The notes under the pieces: model-generated
Told to the model about the DNA's origin: nothing
Seen by the model: the letters and a program-made list of their open reading frames with translations, nothing else
Databases searched by the model: none
Origin: an uncultured Sphingomonadaceae bacterium
GTDB lineage: Bacteria > Pseudomonadota > Alphaproteobacteria > Sphingomonadales > Sphingomonadaceae
DNA: 64,000 nt
NCBI GenBank assembly: GCA_947488845.1
Contig: CANLBM010000002.1
Span: 86,799-150,798, forward strand
Reading direction: 5' to 3'
Translations under genes and position numbers: made by a program
In this document: positions 40,300-50,500 of the stretch, in pieces
How the letters are laid out: each line of letters opens with the position of its first letter
Position numbering within the stretch: position 1 is the stretch's first letter

Positions 40300-40593
40300 T
40301 CACAGGTTTTCTGCCATTTGCTTCGCCCGGCCGATATCGGCACCCTGCCGTATCTTTGTGCCGCCGCACAGCAAGATGACGATATGGCCACTCGAGCGTT
40401 GTACAAAACAGAGCCTATATCCTGGACCATAATCAATCCTGACCTCGCTTACGCCTCCGCCGACCGGCTTGACGTTTCCCAAATTGCCCAGCGAAATCTT
40501 GCGGATAGCAACCGAAATGCGAGCCACTGCATGACGGTCCTTGAGTTTCCGGACCCAACGCTCATAAATCCCGGTGCGAACGATCTGAACCAT
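40300..40593 (-). CDS. Type II toxin, RelE/ParE-fold addiction-module killer (HI1419/HigB-like)
   Basis: WVRKLKDRHA..RI, GNLGNVKPVGGGVSEVRIDYGPGYRLCF, ILLCGGTKIRQGADI. Confidence 0.88.
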   Translation of the reverse strand: MVQIVRTGIYERWVRKLKDRHAVARISVAIRKISLGNLGNVKPVGGGVSEVRIDYGPGYRLCFVQRSSGHIVILLCGGTKIRQGADIGRAKQMAENL

Positions 40594-40622
40594 TCAGCAA
40601 TCATGACGCTACACATCTCAAT

Positions 40623-40640
40623 TGTCCACCATAGTGCACA
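40623..40640. promoter_or_regulatory. Candidate TA autorepression operator
   Basis: TGTCCACCATAGTGCACA, 14/18 palindromic, 30 bp upstream of the toxin start. Confidence 0.5.
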
Positions 40641-40702
40641 TATCGACCGTAACTGTCAATCACCAAACGCGTCCCCGATCGCCGGACCCGGGACATCATC
40701 CC

Positions 40703-40816
40703 TCAATATTCCCCGCGTTTCCTTTTGTTTTTCTTGCGGATAAAGATCACGACCGCGCTCAGACCGCCAACCAGCAGCACGATCAGACTATAGGCAACTA
40801 TCAGCCGAAGCTCCAT
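40703..40816 (-). CDS. 37-aa single-TM small protein
   Basis: MELRLIVAYSLIVLLVGGLSAVVIFIRKKNKRKRGEY; starts 1 nt after the upstream stop. Confidence 0.55.
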   Translation of the reverse strand: MELRLIVAYSLIVLLVGGLSAVVIFIRKKNKRKRGEY

Positions 40817-40817
40817 A

Positions 40818-41060
40818 TCAGGAGCCGCCCTGCAACGCGTTTGCGGCGTCTTCATCGGCAAATTCGGACGTGATCTCCGCGTCGAGCTTGTCGCGCGGGC
40901 TGAGATGGCCGGCTTCTCGCCGTTCGGCCTGAATCGCTTCGAGACCCCATGCCTTGGCGGCAGCCGCAGCGACGATGCGACGGGTCTCCAGAGGGTCATT
41001 GGCAGCGAGATCGAGTTGTCGCGCTTCCTGTTCGCGGCATGTAGCGGCTTTTACGCGCAT
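40818..41060 (-). CDS. 80-aa hypothetical protein
   Basis: AGGA upstream; helical Ala-rich MRVKAATCREQEARQLDLAANDPLETRR...AWGLEA. Confidence 0.7.
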   Translation of the reverse strand: MRVKAATCREQEARQLDLAANDPLETRRIVAAAAAKAWGLEAIQAERREAGHLSPRDKLDAEITSEFADEDAANALQGGS

Positions 41061-41096
41061 TATCTTTGTCCTGTATTTCGCGTCCGGATTGTCATC

Positions 41097-41237
41097 CTAG
41101 GACCCGCGATTGTTTTTCATATTTTCAAGGCCCGCCACTACGCCCGGCTTGGCCGAAGGATTGGACGCATTGGTCTTTTTCTTCTCGGCTTTGGGTTTGC
41201 GGACCTCGCGATTGGATTTCTTCTGTGACTTGGCCAT
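41097..41237 (-). CDS. 46-aa Lys-rich small protein (not in ORF track)
   Basis: GGAAGGA upstream; MAKSQKKSNREVRKPKAEKKKTNASNPSAKPGVVAGLENMKNNRGS-stop. Confidence 0.7.
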   Translation of the reverse strand: MAKSQKKSNREVRKPKAEKKKTNASNPSAKPGVVAGLENMKNNRGS

Positions 41238-41560
41238 GATATTTCCTTCCAGGGGTGGTTTTCGCGCGGCAGCCAGCGGGTCATTGCAAAGAAAACAAGC
41301 GACCGGAACGGCAGACGGCGAACAAACTCAAACGATAGTGCTGCGAATGATGTCCTGCCTCAGGAAAGCCGATCAAAGGAATTTTTGAGCGTGAAGAGAC
41401 AATGCCGGTGGGGATTGCAGATTGGCAATCACGAAGGCCTGCCCTCCATATAGGGAGGCGCGGCGGCATTTGTAAGGCTTTCGCGCGTCTGGCGTAAATT
41501 AGATCGGGGCCCGCGGAGCGGCCAGCACGGCGTCGGCACAGATGGGCCGCGCCACAATGT

Positions 41561-42253
41561 TCATAAGATGGAGTCGCCGACGCCGATCATCTTGCCGTTG
41601 GTGATAATCACCCGGTCTCCGAGGCTGGCCTGTTCGAACAAAAGCCGTGCAAATTCCAGTGGTACGCCGATGCAGCCGCGGGTGCCCCAGCCCCATTTGA
41701 CATCGGTTGCATGGATCGCGATCCCGTCATTGGTCAGCCGCATCATATAGGGCATGGACGAACCGTAGATATTGGAGACATGGTCCTTGTTCTTCTGGGT
41801 GATCGGGAAGACGCCGGTCGGCGTGGGCTTGAGCGAGTCGCCGAAGGTGATCACCGCCGCTCCGATTTCATAGCCGCCGCGAAAGACCGAAATGCTCTCG
41901 GCCTTGAGATCGACCGTCACCACCAGCTCACCCGCCGGCACGCCCTCGTCGTCCCATTTGAAATAGCCGTGCACAAAAGGCTCGTCGATCTGGAGGATGC
42001 GCTTGACCACAAACTTGTCGCTCAGCGGCAGTTTATCGCTGATATCAGCCGGTTCCGCTAAAACCGGCCCGGCTACGGAGACATTCTCCACGGCCGTTTC
42101 GGCTGCCGCGCTGTCGGCAACGGCTTCGGTCGCCCGCTCGGAAGAAGAGCCGGCATCGGCGCGGGTCAGTCCCATGACCAGCATCGCGACAATCGCCAGG
42201 CCCGTCAGCAGCAGGATCGATGCGCTCACCCGATATGCGATTTTTTCGACCAT
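41561..42253 (-). CDS. L,D-transpeptidase (YkuD) family protein
   Basis: N-terminal TM; TPTGVFPI, MPYMMRLT.DGIAIHA, TRGCIGV (catalytic His/Cys). Confidence 0.9.
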   Translation of the reverse strand: MVEKIAYRVSASILLLTGLAIVAMLVMGLTRADAGSSSERATEAVADSAAAETAVENVSVAGPVLAEPADISDKLPLSDKFVVKRILQIDEPFVHGYFKWDDEGVPAGELVVTVDLKAESISVFRGGYEIGAAVITFGDSLKPTPTGVFPITQKNKDHVSNIYGSSMPYMMRLTNDGIAIHATDVKWGWGTRGCIGVPLEFARLLFEQASLGDRVIITNGKMIGVGDSIL

Positions 42254-42258
42254 CACTG

Positions 42259-42284
42259 AATACTCCATTCGTTAAGGGAGTATT
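42259..42284 (-). promoter_or_regulatory. Hairpin covering the L,D-transpeptidase ribosome-binding site
   Basis: mRNA AAUACUCC-N10-GGAGUAUU, then CAGUG-AUG; the GGAG lies in the 3' arm. Confidence 0.45.
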
Positions 42285-42425
42285 TACCATGGATATGCGG
42301 GCAAGAAACCGCCATTTTTCGGGCCGTCCCGCAGCGGTACGGCGGCGGCGGGAATGTTAAGGACCAGCCTTAACGGGCGGCATGGAGCGCCTGCGTTGGC
42401 AGACACTCCTCGCTCCCCCTCATCG

Positions 42426-44150
42426 CTAGAACACCGCCCTGGCTTCGGCTTCCTTCATCATCGCCTTGCGGACCATCGGAATCGGCGGGCCGCCGTAGCT
42501 GAGGAATTCGTCGTGAAAAGCCTTCCATTTGCTGCGATCGCCGCCGGTCCAGTCTTCGCGCAGCTTGCGGATCATCAGCTTGCCCATCGTGTAATTGAGA
42601 TAGGCCGGATCATAGGTTCCGCGCGCCGCCTGCTGGGTGGCGTTGCCCAGGTCCTGATAACATTGCTTCCGGAACATATCGAGGCTCTGCTCGACCGTCA
42701 TCCCGCGCGCGTGCAGGCCGATGGCCGAGAGATAGCGGCAGTTGCGCAGCAGCGCGTTGGACAATTGCCCGATTTTCGTTTCCGGATCGCCATCGTGCAG
42801 GCCGGCTTCGACCATCATCTCCTCGGTATAATGGGCCCAGCCTTCGGCAAAGGCATAGCCGACGAACAATTTGCCGAAGATAGATTCCGCGCGGTTTGCG
42901 TGGAGGAAATTCAGAAAATGACCGGGCCAGACCTCGTGGATCGTGGTGCCGAGCAGGTCCATCTTGCCGGGGATATAGGCTGCGCGGGTTGCCTCGTCCC
43001 AGGACGGGTCCGGCGGCGAGATATAATAGACGCTCGGCAGGCCTTTTTCATATGGTCCGGGAATGTCGATATAGGCGCTGTTCTGCCGGTTATAAGGCGG
43101 CGATTCCTCGACCTGAGCGACTTCGGTGCCGGGAATGCTCACCAGATCTTTCTCGATCAAAAATTCGCGCAAGGGCGGCAACTGGTCGCGGGCTTCCTGC
43201 ACCGGCCCCTTTTCCGGCTTGTTGGCTGCCATTTTCGCAAAACAGTCAACGATGCTCGCGCCCGGCGCAAATTTGCCGCAAGCCTCGGCCAGAGCCGCCT
43301 GGTTGCGCTTTAGATCGGCCTGACCGATGGCTTCCAGCTCGTCGAGCGAGATGTTGACGCCCTCGGTCTTGCTCACCATTGCGGCAAATTTCTCGGCACC
43401 CAGAGCATAGCCGTCCTTGGTTGCCGGAACGGAACCGATATGACCGGCCAGATCCTTCATCGCCGCTGCAGCCGCAGCCGCAGCAACATCGAATGCACGC
43501 TGCAGTTCGGGGTCTTTTACTTCGGCAAAGGCTGCCTTGGCGTCACCGGTAAAATAGTCGGCGAAACCGCCAAATCCGGCCTGACCGAATTTGAGATAGG
43601 TCTCGGGCAGCGGCAGTTTCAGATTGTCCTTGATCTGCTGGGCCGCCACCGGGACCGCATTGGCATATTTGATAAACGCCTTCATCCGCGTTGCCGCATC
43701 CGCATAGGGCCGGGCGATATAGACATTGGGGTCGAGCGCGCCGACATAATAAGCCGGATTCTTGTGCGGAGAGTCGGCGGTTTCCAGCCAGAAAAGCTCG
43801 CCCTCCATCACGTTGACGAGATAATCCCGTTCAAATTTTTCAGCCTCGCTCAGGTCGGCAGCGTCGATCGCCATCGCGTCGGCAATCGCCTTTTTGCGGA
43901 TGTCGACGGCCGTTTTGAGGCCTTTAGCGCTCCAGTCGGGAAGCTGGCCGTCAAATTCATGCTTGCCCTGATAGACGGCGAAATTCGGATTGACCGGAAA
44001 ATACCCGTCCAGAAAGTCGGAGAGATAGCTGCCCCAGGCGCTCGATTGATCAATCTCCATTGCCGCGACCGGTTCGGCCTCGATTTTCTTGCATCCGCTC
44101 ACGGTCAAGGCGGCCAGCGACACCGCCAGCAATAGATTGCGCATCTTCAT
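42426..44150 (-). CDS. DUF885 family lipoprotein (probable metallopeptidase-like fold)
   Basis: Lipobox VSGC; HEVWPGH, FAEGWAHYTE, NYTMGKL.I..LRE. Confidence 0.85.
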   Translation of the reverse strand: MKMRNLLLAVSLAALTVSGCKKIEAEPVAAMEIDQSSAWGSYLSDFLDGYFPVNPNFAVYQGKHEFDGQLPDWSAKGLKTAVDIRKKAIADAMAIDAADLSEAEKFERDYLVNVMEGELFWLETADSPHKNPAYYVGALDPNVYIARPYADAATRMKAFIKYANAVPVAAQQIKDNLKLPLPETYLKFGQAGFGGFADYFTGDAKAAFAEVKDPELQRAFDVAAAAAAAAMKDLAGHIGSVPATKDGYALGAEKFAAMVSKTEGVNISLDELEAIGQADLKRNQAALAEACGKFAPGASIVDCFAKMAANKPEKGPVQEARDQLPPLREFLIEKDLVSIPGTEVAQVEESPPYNRQNSAYIDIPGPYEKGLPSVYYISPPDPSWDEATRAAYIPGKMDLLGTTIHEVWPGHFLNFLHANRAESIFGKLFVGYAFAEGWAHYTEEMMVEAGLHDGDPETKIGQLSNALLRNCRYLSAIGLHARGMTVEQSLDMFRKQCYQDLGNATQQAARGTYDPAYLNYTMGKLMIRKLREDWTGGDRSKWKAFHDEFLSYGGPPIPMVRKAMMKEAEARAVF

Positions 44151-44281
44151 TTTAATCTCCCCGGGGAAAATTCCATTCAATTAATATCGTGGCTGTTGAT
44201 TGGCATAGTCGCCGACCGCTTGGCCAGCCTTATTCGACGAACTGCGGGACGCCCGAATCTTTCCGTCCGGGCATGAATTGA

Positions 44282-45598
44282 TTGCAGCAAGTTACGGGAA
44301 TCGCTAGCAGTCATCTCGTGATCAGCCCCGCACCACATCCCTTTACTATAGCCAATTATCGCTATCTCTGGTTCTCGCGCCTGGCGTCGATGTTCGCGCT
44401 TTATGCGATGATGCTGATCCTCGGCTGGCAGGCCTATAATCTGGCCCGCGTCGACATGGGTATCAGCGCGTCGGCCGGCATATTGGGCCTGCTCGGATTG
44501 CTCCAGTTCGTGCCATTATTCATCCTGACACCGCTGGTCGGCTGGGTCGCCGACCATATGGATCGCCGCTGGATCGCACGTATCGTGCTCGCGGCGCAGG
44601 CCCTGATTGCGCTTGCTCTCGGCCTGATGACCGCGTCGGGCGGAATCACGCTCGGGTCGATCTACGTGATTGCCGTATTGCTGGGAATCTGCCGCGCCTT
44701 TCTCGGACCGGCGATCAACTCGCTGGCGCCCAATCTGGTCCCGAAAGCCTCGATTCCCCGCGCCATCGCCCTTTCCACAATAGCCTGGCAAGTCGGCGTG
44801 ATAGCCGGCCCCGGCATGGCCGGCCCGCTCTACAAGGTCGATGCGGCCCTACCCTATTTTGTCTGCGCAGCGCTTTATACGCTGGCGACTCTGGCGATTT
44901 TCCTGATCGGCCCGGTACCGCGGGCCGCAGCCGACAAGACCAAAAGCCCGCTGCAACAGGTCGGCGACGGCATGGCCTATGTCTGGACCAACAAGCTGGT
45001 GCTGGGAGCGATCACGCTTGACCTGCTGGTCATGTTCCTCGCCGGCGCAACCGCCATGATCCCGGTATTTGCCAAGGATATATTGCACGCCGGTGAAATC
45101 GGCCTGTCGCTGCTGGCCGCCTCGCCCGCCGTGGGCGCGGTGATCGTCGCGCTGATCTTTTCCTTCGCTCCACTGAGCAAGAATGTCGGCAACAGCATGC
45201 TCGGCGCAATGGCCGTATTCGGACTCGGCACAATCGGCTTCGGTCTCAGCACCAACCTCTATCTCTCGATGGCCTGCCTCGGAATATGCGGAGCCGCCGA
45301 CATGTTCGGGGTCTATGTCCGCAGTTCCCTGATCCAGCTCCACACGCCCGATGCCAAGCGCGGACGCGTTGGCGCGGTCAGCCAGATGACAATCAGCGCA
45401 TCAAACGAACTTGGCGACGCACTGTCCGGAGGCCTCGCGGTTCTGGTCGGACCCATTGCGGCCATTGTAGCGGGCGGCGCCGGTGCTATAGTGGTCACCG
45501 GACTATGGTCGCGCCTGTTCCCCCAACTCGGTGCTGCCAAGACATTTGATCCGCCGAAAGACCTCGAATCCGAACCGGCAGCAGGAATGAATAGATAA
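44282..45598 (+). CDS. MFS transporter (EntS/DUF894-like)
   Basis: About 12 hydrophobic segments; GWVADHMDRR, LHTPDAKRGRV. Confidence 0.85.
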   Translation: MQQVTGIASSHLVISPAPHPFTIANYRYLWFSRLASMFALYAMMLILGWQAYNLARVDMGISASAGILGLLGLLQFVPLFILTPLVGWVADHMDRRWIARIVLAAQALIALALGLMTASGGITLGSIYVIAVLLGICRAFLGPAINSLAPNLVPKASIPRAIALSTIAWQVGVIAGPGMAGPLYKVDAALPYFVCAALYTLATLAIFLIGPVPRAAADKTKSPLQQVGDGMAYVWTNKLVLGAITLDLLVMFLAGATAMIPVFAKDILHAGEIGLSLLAASPAVGAVIVALIFSFAPLSKNVGNSMLGAMAVFGLGTIGFGLSTNLYLSMACLGICGAADMFGVYVRSSLIQLHTPDAKRGRVGAVSQMTISASNELGDALSGGLAVLVGPIAAIVAGGAGAIVVTGLWSRLFPQLGAAKTFDPPKDLESEPAAGMNR

Positions 45599-45613
45599 CA
45601 GGAGTGCAGGATA

Positions 45614-46534
45614 ATGATTGCCAATAACATTCTCGAAACAATCGGAAATACTCCCCATATCAAGATGCAGCGCCTGTTCGGCGACGCCAATGTCTGGATC
45701 AAGTCGGAACGCTCCAACCCGGGCGGATCGATCAAGGACCGGATCGGCCTTGCGATGATCGAGGATGCGGAAAAGTCCGGCGCGCTCAAGCCCGGCGGCA
45801 CGATCATCGAGCCGACATCGGGCAATACCGGCGTCGGACTGGCCATGGTGGCCGCGGTCAAGGGTTACAGACTGATATTGGTCATGCCCGAGTCGATGTC
45901 GCTCGAACGCCGCCGCCTGATGCTCGCCTATGGCGCGAGCTTTGACCTCAGCCCGAAAGAAAAAGGCATGAAGGGCGCGATCGAAAGGGCACAGGAACTG
46001 GTCGACCAGACACCTGGGTCATGGATGCCGCAGCAGTTCGAAAATCCCGCCAATTTCGAAGTGCACAAGCGCACCACCGCCATAGAGATTCTCAATGATT
46101 TCAAGGATGATCCGCTCGACGCGATCATCACCGGTGTCGGAACGGGCGGTCATATCACGGGCGTCGCGGAGGTTCTGAAAGAACATTGGAGCCATTTGAA
46201 AGTCTATGCCGTCGAGCCGACAAACTCGCCGGTTATCAGCGGTGGCCAGCCCGGTCCCCACCCGATCCAGGGCATTGGCGCCGGCTTCATCCCCGGCAAT
46301 CTGCACACGCAAAGCATCGACGGCGCGATCCAGGTCGATCCCGGCGAAGCCAAAGCCATGGCGCTGCGGGCTGCCAAGGAAGAAGGCATGCTCGTTGGCA
46401 TATCATCCGGCGCGACCTTGGCGGCAATTGCCCAGAAATTACCGGAACTCGGCAAGCAGGCCAGAATCCTCGGTTTCAACTATGACACCGGCGAACGATA
46501 TCTTTCCGTTCCAGAGTTTTTGCCCGAAGAATGA
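45614..46534 (+). CDS. cysK: Cysteine synthase A
   Basis: [47 protein letters not shown]. Confidence 0.95.
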   Translation: MIANNILETIGNTPHIKMQRLFGDANVWIKSERSNPGGSIKDRIGLAMIEDAEKSGALKPGGTIIEPTSGNTGVGLAMVAAVKGYRLILVMPESMSLERRRLMLAYGASFDLSPKEKGMKGAIERAQELVDQTPGSWMPQQFENPANFEVHKRTTAIEILNDFKDDPLDAIITGVGTGGHITGVAEVLKEHWSHLKVYAVEPTNSPVISGGQPGPHPIQGIGAGFIPGNLHTQSIDGAIQVDPGEAKAMALRAAKEEGMLVGISSGATLAAIAQKLPELGKQARILGFNYDTGERYLSVPEFLPEE

Positions 46535-47271
46535 GCTCCATCGAGGTCCAGCAGTTCACCTATCGGCATGGTGACGTAGAATTATTAGGCTATATGGCGC
46601 AGCCCAGCCGCTATCCGCGCGCGGGTATTTTGATTGTTCCGACCATCATGGGTCCGAACAAGCAGATGTTCGACCGCGCCAGATGGCTTGCCTCTTTGGG
46701 CTATAGCGCGATGGTCTGCGACCTATATGGAAAGGGTCCCGTCGAAAATATGCGCGAAGCGCGTCTGATGGCGAACGAGTTGCGCGCGGACGCAGAATAT
46801 TATCGGGAACGGTTCCGCTGCGCGCTCGAGGAATTGCGCAAGCGATCGAAGCTGGGCAATAGCCGGATCGGCGCGATCGGCTATTGTATGGGCGGTGAAA
46901 TCGTACTCGAAATGGCACGCAGCGGGGAGGACATTGCTCTGGTGGTCAGCTTCCATGGTCTGCTGGCGACACCGCTGCCGGCCAAGCGCGGGACTATAAA
47001 ATCGCGCATCCTGGTCTGCCATGGCCGGGCCGATCCGCTGGTTCCGCCCAAGCAGATGCGCGCCTTTCTCGAAGAAATGGATATCGCTGGCGCCGATTGC
47101 CATGTTCATATCTATTCCGGTGTTCTTCACGGATTTACCGATGTCAGCAGCACAGCCGGATCTTTGGACGCGGTCAAATATAATGCCTCGGCCGACCGGC
47201 AAAGCAAGGCCGCGATGCTCAGCATGTTTGCCGAAGTATTTGAAACCAGAAAAACACCGGACCAGCAATAG
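46531..47271 (+). CDS. Dienelactone hydrolase family protein
   Basis: GYCMGG nucleophile elbow, SFHG, HGRAD, GVLHGFT. Confidence 0.9.
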   Translation: MSSIEVQQFTYRHGDVELLGYMAQPSRYPRAGILIVPTIMGPNKQMFDRARWLASLGYSAMVCDLYGKGPVENMREARLMANELRADAEYYRERFRCALEELRKRSKLGNSRIGAIGYCMGGEIVLEMARSGEDIALVVSFHGLLATPLPAKRGTIKSRILVCHGRADPLVPPKQMRAFLEEMDIAGADCHVHIYSGVLHGFTDVSSTAGSLDAVKYNASADRQSKAAMLSMFAEVFETRKTPDQQ

Positions 47272-47304
47272 GCCCGGTGTTTCTCGCATTGTCGTAAAGC
47301 TGAT

Positions 47305-47577
47305 CTAGTCCGGCTTGCCATCGCCGTCATTGTCGAGCGCGTCCGGCTGGCCGTCACCATCGGTATCCCACGCATCCGGCTGACCGTCGCCGCTGCGATC
47401 CCAGGCGTCCATGATCCCGTCACCATCTGTATCGATGGTCGGGGCCGGGACTTCGGACGGCGTCTCGTCCGAAACTTCTGGTTGTGCAGCATTGGCTGGA
47501 ACGGATAGACCCAAGCCGACGGTAATCAGATAGGGTGTCATCCGGCGTAGGCCGTTCAAGGCTATGTTGGAATGCAT
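47305..47577 (-). CDS. Small secreted protein with four DxDxDG Ca2+-binding-type repeats
   Basis: AAGGAG upstream; DTDGDGIMDAW-DRSGDGQPDAW-DTDGDGQPDAL-DNDGDGKPD. Confidence 0.75.
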   Translation of the reverse strand: MHSNIALNGLRRMTPYLITVGLGLSVPANAAQPEVSDETPSEVPAPTIDTDGDGIMDAWDRSGDGQPDAWDTDGDGQPDALDNDGDGKPD

Positions 47578-47847
47578 TGCATATACTCCTTATGCAGATC
47601 ATTCCCCTGTCGCAGCTGTTGTGAGGCAAGCCCGCACGCGGGTCCAGCAACCATCGACTATATGGGCAAAATAGGCGCTAAGCTGCTGATTTTCGTAATC
47701 TATCTGCAAATAAACACAGTCTGTCGCAACCAGTTATTGCCGCAAGCTTTGACAGATTGCCGACCACAGTTTGTCGAAAAATGGTCACATTTCTCGATAT
47801 AATCCGAAAAACGGGTCCGGGGCATTTCAACAGAAAGGTTGTAAGCC

Positions 47848-48636
47848 ATGTCCGGGAAAAAGGTTGCAGACGCATCTGCAACGGTGACGAAAACAAATAG
47901 CCGGCCACTGATCATAAGGGTCGGCAAACGGCTGCGCGGCGCGATGAATAGACTTTCGACCGCCCATTCGAAAATTCCCAACGAACCGATCCTTCCGGCC
48001 TCAGCCTTTCCGTGGACTGACCGGTTGACGGAGCACTGGCAGGAGATCGCGCGGGAGGCCGTTTCAATCCTGCGCCATCGCGACGCGGTGCCGCCGCTCA
48101 ACGAAATATCCCCCGATCACCAACGGATTGCCGGCGACGGCAATTGGCGCTCGTTCTTTCTGTTCGGCTATGGCTATGAAGTGCCGGAAAATTGTGTACG
48201 GGCGCCGGTCACGGCGGAACTGGTCTCCCGGATACCCGATCTCAATTCGGCTTTTTTTTCAATTCTGGAACCCGGCGCGACGATTCCCCGCCATCGCGGG
48301 GTTACGCGTGGTCTGGTCACTTGCCATCTCGGGCTGATCATCCCCGATCAACCCGAACGATGCGCAATGCGTCTCGAGGATGAAGAATGCTTCTGGGAAG
48401 CGGGCAAATGGCTGGTCTTCGATGACAGCTGTTATCACGAAGTGCACAACCGGACCGGTCAGCGCCGGGTCATCCTGCTGATACAGGTCAAACGCCCGAT
48501 GCGGTTTCTCGGCAGGCTTGCCAATGATCTGGCGATATGGGGCATTCGCCGGTCACCCTTCGTGCAGGATGCCCGGCGAAACCTCGGTCAATGGGAAGAA
48601 GCCTATCGACAAGCGGAGCAGAATGAAGCCGCTTGA
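47848..48636 (+). CDS. Aspartyl/asparaginyl beta-hydroxylase-family 2OG-Fe(II) oxygenase (LpxO-like)
   Basis: WRSFFL..YG, SAFFSILEPG..IPRHRG, CHLGL, FDDSCYHEV, RVILLI. Confidence 0.85.
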   Translation: MSGKKVADASATVTKTNSRPLIIRVGKRLRGAMNRLSTAHSKIPNEPILPASAFPWTDRLTEHWQEIAREAVSILRHRDAVPPLNEISPDHQRIAGDGNWRSFFLFGYGYEVPENCVRAPVTAELVSRIPDLNSAFFSILEPGATIPRHRGVTRGLVTCHLGLIIPDQPERCAMRLEDEECFWEAGKWLVFDDSCYHEVHNRTGQRRVILLIQVKRPMRFLGRLANDLAIWGIRRSPFVQDARRNLGQWEEAYRQAEQNEAA

Positions 48637-48645
48637 TCGATCGGA

Positions 48646-50448
48646 TCAGGCGACCGCGAACATTTCCGGATCGAGCGCCATGATCGATTCGGCACCGCCC
48701 TCAATCTTGCGGCGGAGCGATCCGGTATCGGGCAGGAAGCGCTCGGCAAAATATTGCGCGGTCACCAGCTTCGCTTCGTAATATTTCGGATTGTCCGTGC
48801 CCGCGTCGAGCGTGGCTTGCGCCGCCTTGCTCATCCGCAACCACATCAATCCGAGCGAAACAATACCCATGATGTGCATATAATGATAAGCGCCGGCGCC
48901 GGCGTTGTTCGGATTGGCCATGCCGTGCTGCATGAACCACATGGTCGCTTTCTGCAGTTCGCCATTGGCCTTTTCAAGCGCTTCGGCAAATCCCGACAGT
49001 TTCTCGTGGGTCTTGGCTTCGGCAATCTCGTCGGCCACCACCTTGAAAAAGGCCTGAACCGCACGGCCACCATTCTGGCCGAGCTTGCGACCAACCAGAT
49101 CCATCGCCTGGATACCGTTGGTGCCTTCATAGATCATGGCAATCCGCGCATCGCGGACAAACTGTTCCATACCCCATTCGCGGATATAGCCATGGCCGCC
49201 ATAAACCTGCTGCGATTCCGTGGCGATCTGATAGCCCATATAGGTGCCATAACCTTTGACTACCGGGGTCAGCAGACTGACCAGATCATTGGCCAACTGC
49301 CTGTCTTCTTCGGTTCCGGCCTTGTCCGCCAGATCGACCTGCAAAGCGCCCCAAAGCACCAGTGCGCGCATCGACTCGGTAAACGCCTTGCCATCCATCA
49401 GCATCCGCCGCACGTCCGGGTGGACGAACAGCGTATCCGCTTTCTCTTCCGGATCCTGCGCACCGGTCAGCGCCCTGCCCTGGCGACGGTCACCGGCATA
49501 GATCACCGCATTCTGATAGGCGATTTCGCCCTGCGCGAGGCCCTGCAGGCCAACGCCCAGACGCGCCGCGTTCATCATGATGAACATCGCCCGCAGGCCC
49601 TTATTCTCTTCGCCGACCATATAGCCGGTGGCGCCGTCATAGTTCATCACGCAGGTTGCATTGCCGTGGATGCCCATTTTTTCCTCGATCGAACCGCAGC
49701 TGACGCCATTGCGTTCGCCCAGCGAGCCGTCCTCGTTGACCAGGAATTTCGGCACGATGAAGAGCGAGATGCCCTTCGAGCTGTCGGGCGCGCCCGGGGT
49801 CTTGGCCAGCACGAGGTGGATGATATTTTCCGCCATGTCATGCTCGCCGGCAGATATGAAAATCTTCTGGCCGGTGATCGCGTAGCTGCCACCGGGCATC
49901 GGTTCCGCCTTGGTGCGGATCAGGCCGAGATCGGTGCCGCAATGCGCTTCGGTCAGGTTCATCGTTCCGGTCCATTTGCCGGAAATCATCTGGGTTGCGT
50001 AGACCTGCTTCTGCTCTTCGCTGCCTTCGGTGAGGATAGAGGCAATCGCGCCCTGGGTCAGGCCGGTGTACATTTCCAGCGCCTGGTTGGCCGACACCAT
50101 GAATTCCATCACCGCGTTGCCGATCACCCGGGGCAGGCCCTGGCCGCCGAATTCTTCCGGCGAAGACAGGGTTGTCCAGCCGCCGTCGGTCAGCTGCTGA
50201 TAGGCTTCCTTGAAACCTTTTGGCGTCGTGACCGATCCGTCTTCATGACGCGTGCAGCCTTCCTCGTCGCCAGACTGGTTGAGCGGATGCAGGACCTCGC
50301 TGGAAAATCTGCCAGCCTCGGTCAGGATCGCGTCGACCATTTCCGGCGTCGCATTTTCAAACCCCGGCAGGTTCGCATAGCTCTCCAGATTGAGAACTTC
50401 GTTGAGGATGAAACGGACTTCGCCGATAGGGGCGGTATAGCTGGGCAT
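48646..50448 (-). CDS. Long acyl-CoA dehydrogenase (FadE/DmdC-like)
   Basis: [54 protein letters not shown]. Confidence 0.92.
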   Translation of the reverse strand: MPSYTAPIGEVRFILNEVLNLESYANLPGFENATPEMVDAILTEAGRFSSEVLHPLNQSGDEEGCTRHEDGSVTTPKGFKEAYQQLTDGGWTTLSSPEEFGGQGLPRVIGNAVMEFMVSANQALEMYTGLTQGAIASILTEGSEEQKQVYATQMISGKWTGTMNLTEAHCGTDLGLIRTKAEPMPGGSYAITGQKIFISAGEHDMAENIIHLVLAKTPGAPDSSKGISLFIVPKFLVNEDGSLGERNGVSCGSIEEKMGIHGNATCVMNYDGATGYMVGEENKGLRAMFIMMNAARLGVGLQGLAQGEIAYQNAVIYAGDRRQGRALTGAQDPEEKADTLFVHPDVRRMLMDGKAFTESMRALVLWGALQVDLADKAGTEEDRQLANDLVSLLTPVVKGYGTYMGYQIATESQQVYGGHGYIREWGMEQFVRDARIAMIYEGTNGIQAMDLVGRKLGQNGGRAVQAFFKVVADEIAEAKTHEKLSGFAEALEKANGELQKATMWFMQHGMANPNNAGAGAYHYMHIMGIVSLGLMWLRMSKAAQATLDAGTDNPKYYEAKLVTAQYFAERFLPDTGSLRRKIEGGAESIMALDPEMFAVA

Positions 50449-50500
50449 AAATAATACTTTCTACTCAAATGGGGTGCCGGACAGTGCCGGCGTCTATCCT

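Noticed and set aside
41428-41436. Single CACGAAGG as an empty GxxExxY-type arm
   Set aside because: One 8-mer only, no CTCG end and no partner arm; expected by chance.
42356-42374. GTTAAGG-N5-CCTTAAC palindrome as a CtrA site
   Set aside because: TTAA spacing is 9, not 7; it may be an operator or a terminator stem for the DUF885 gene, but cannot be assigned.
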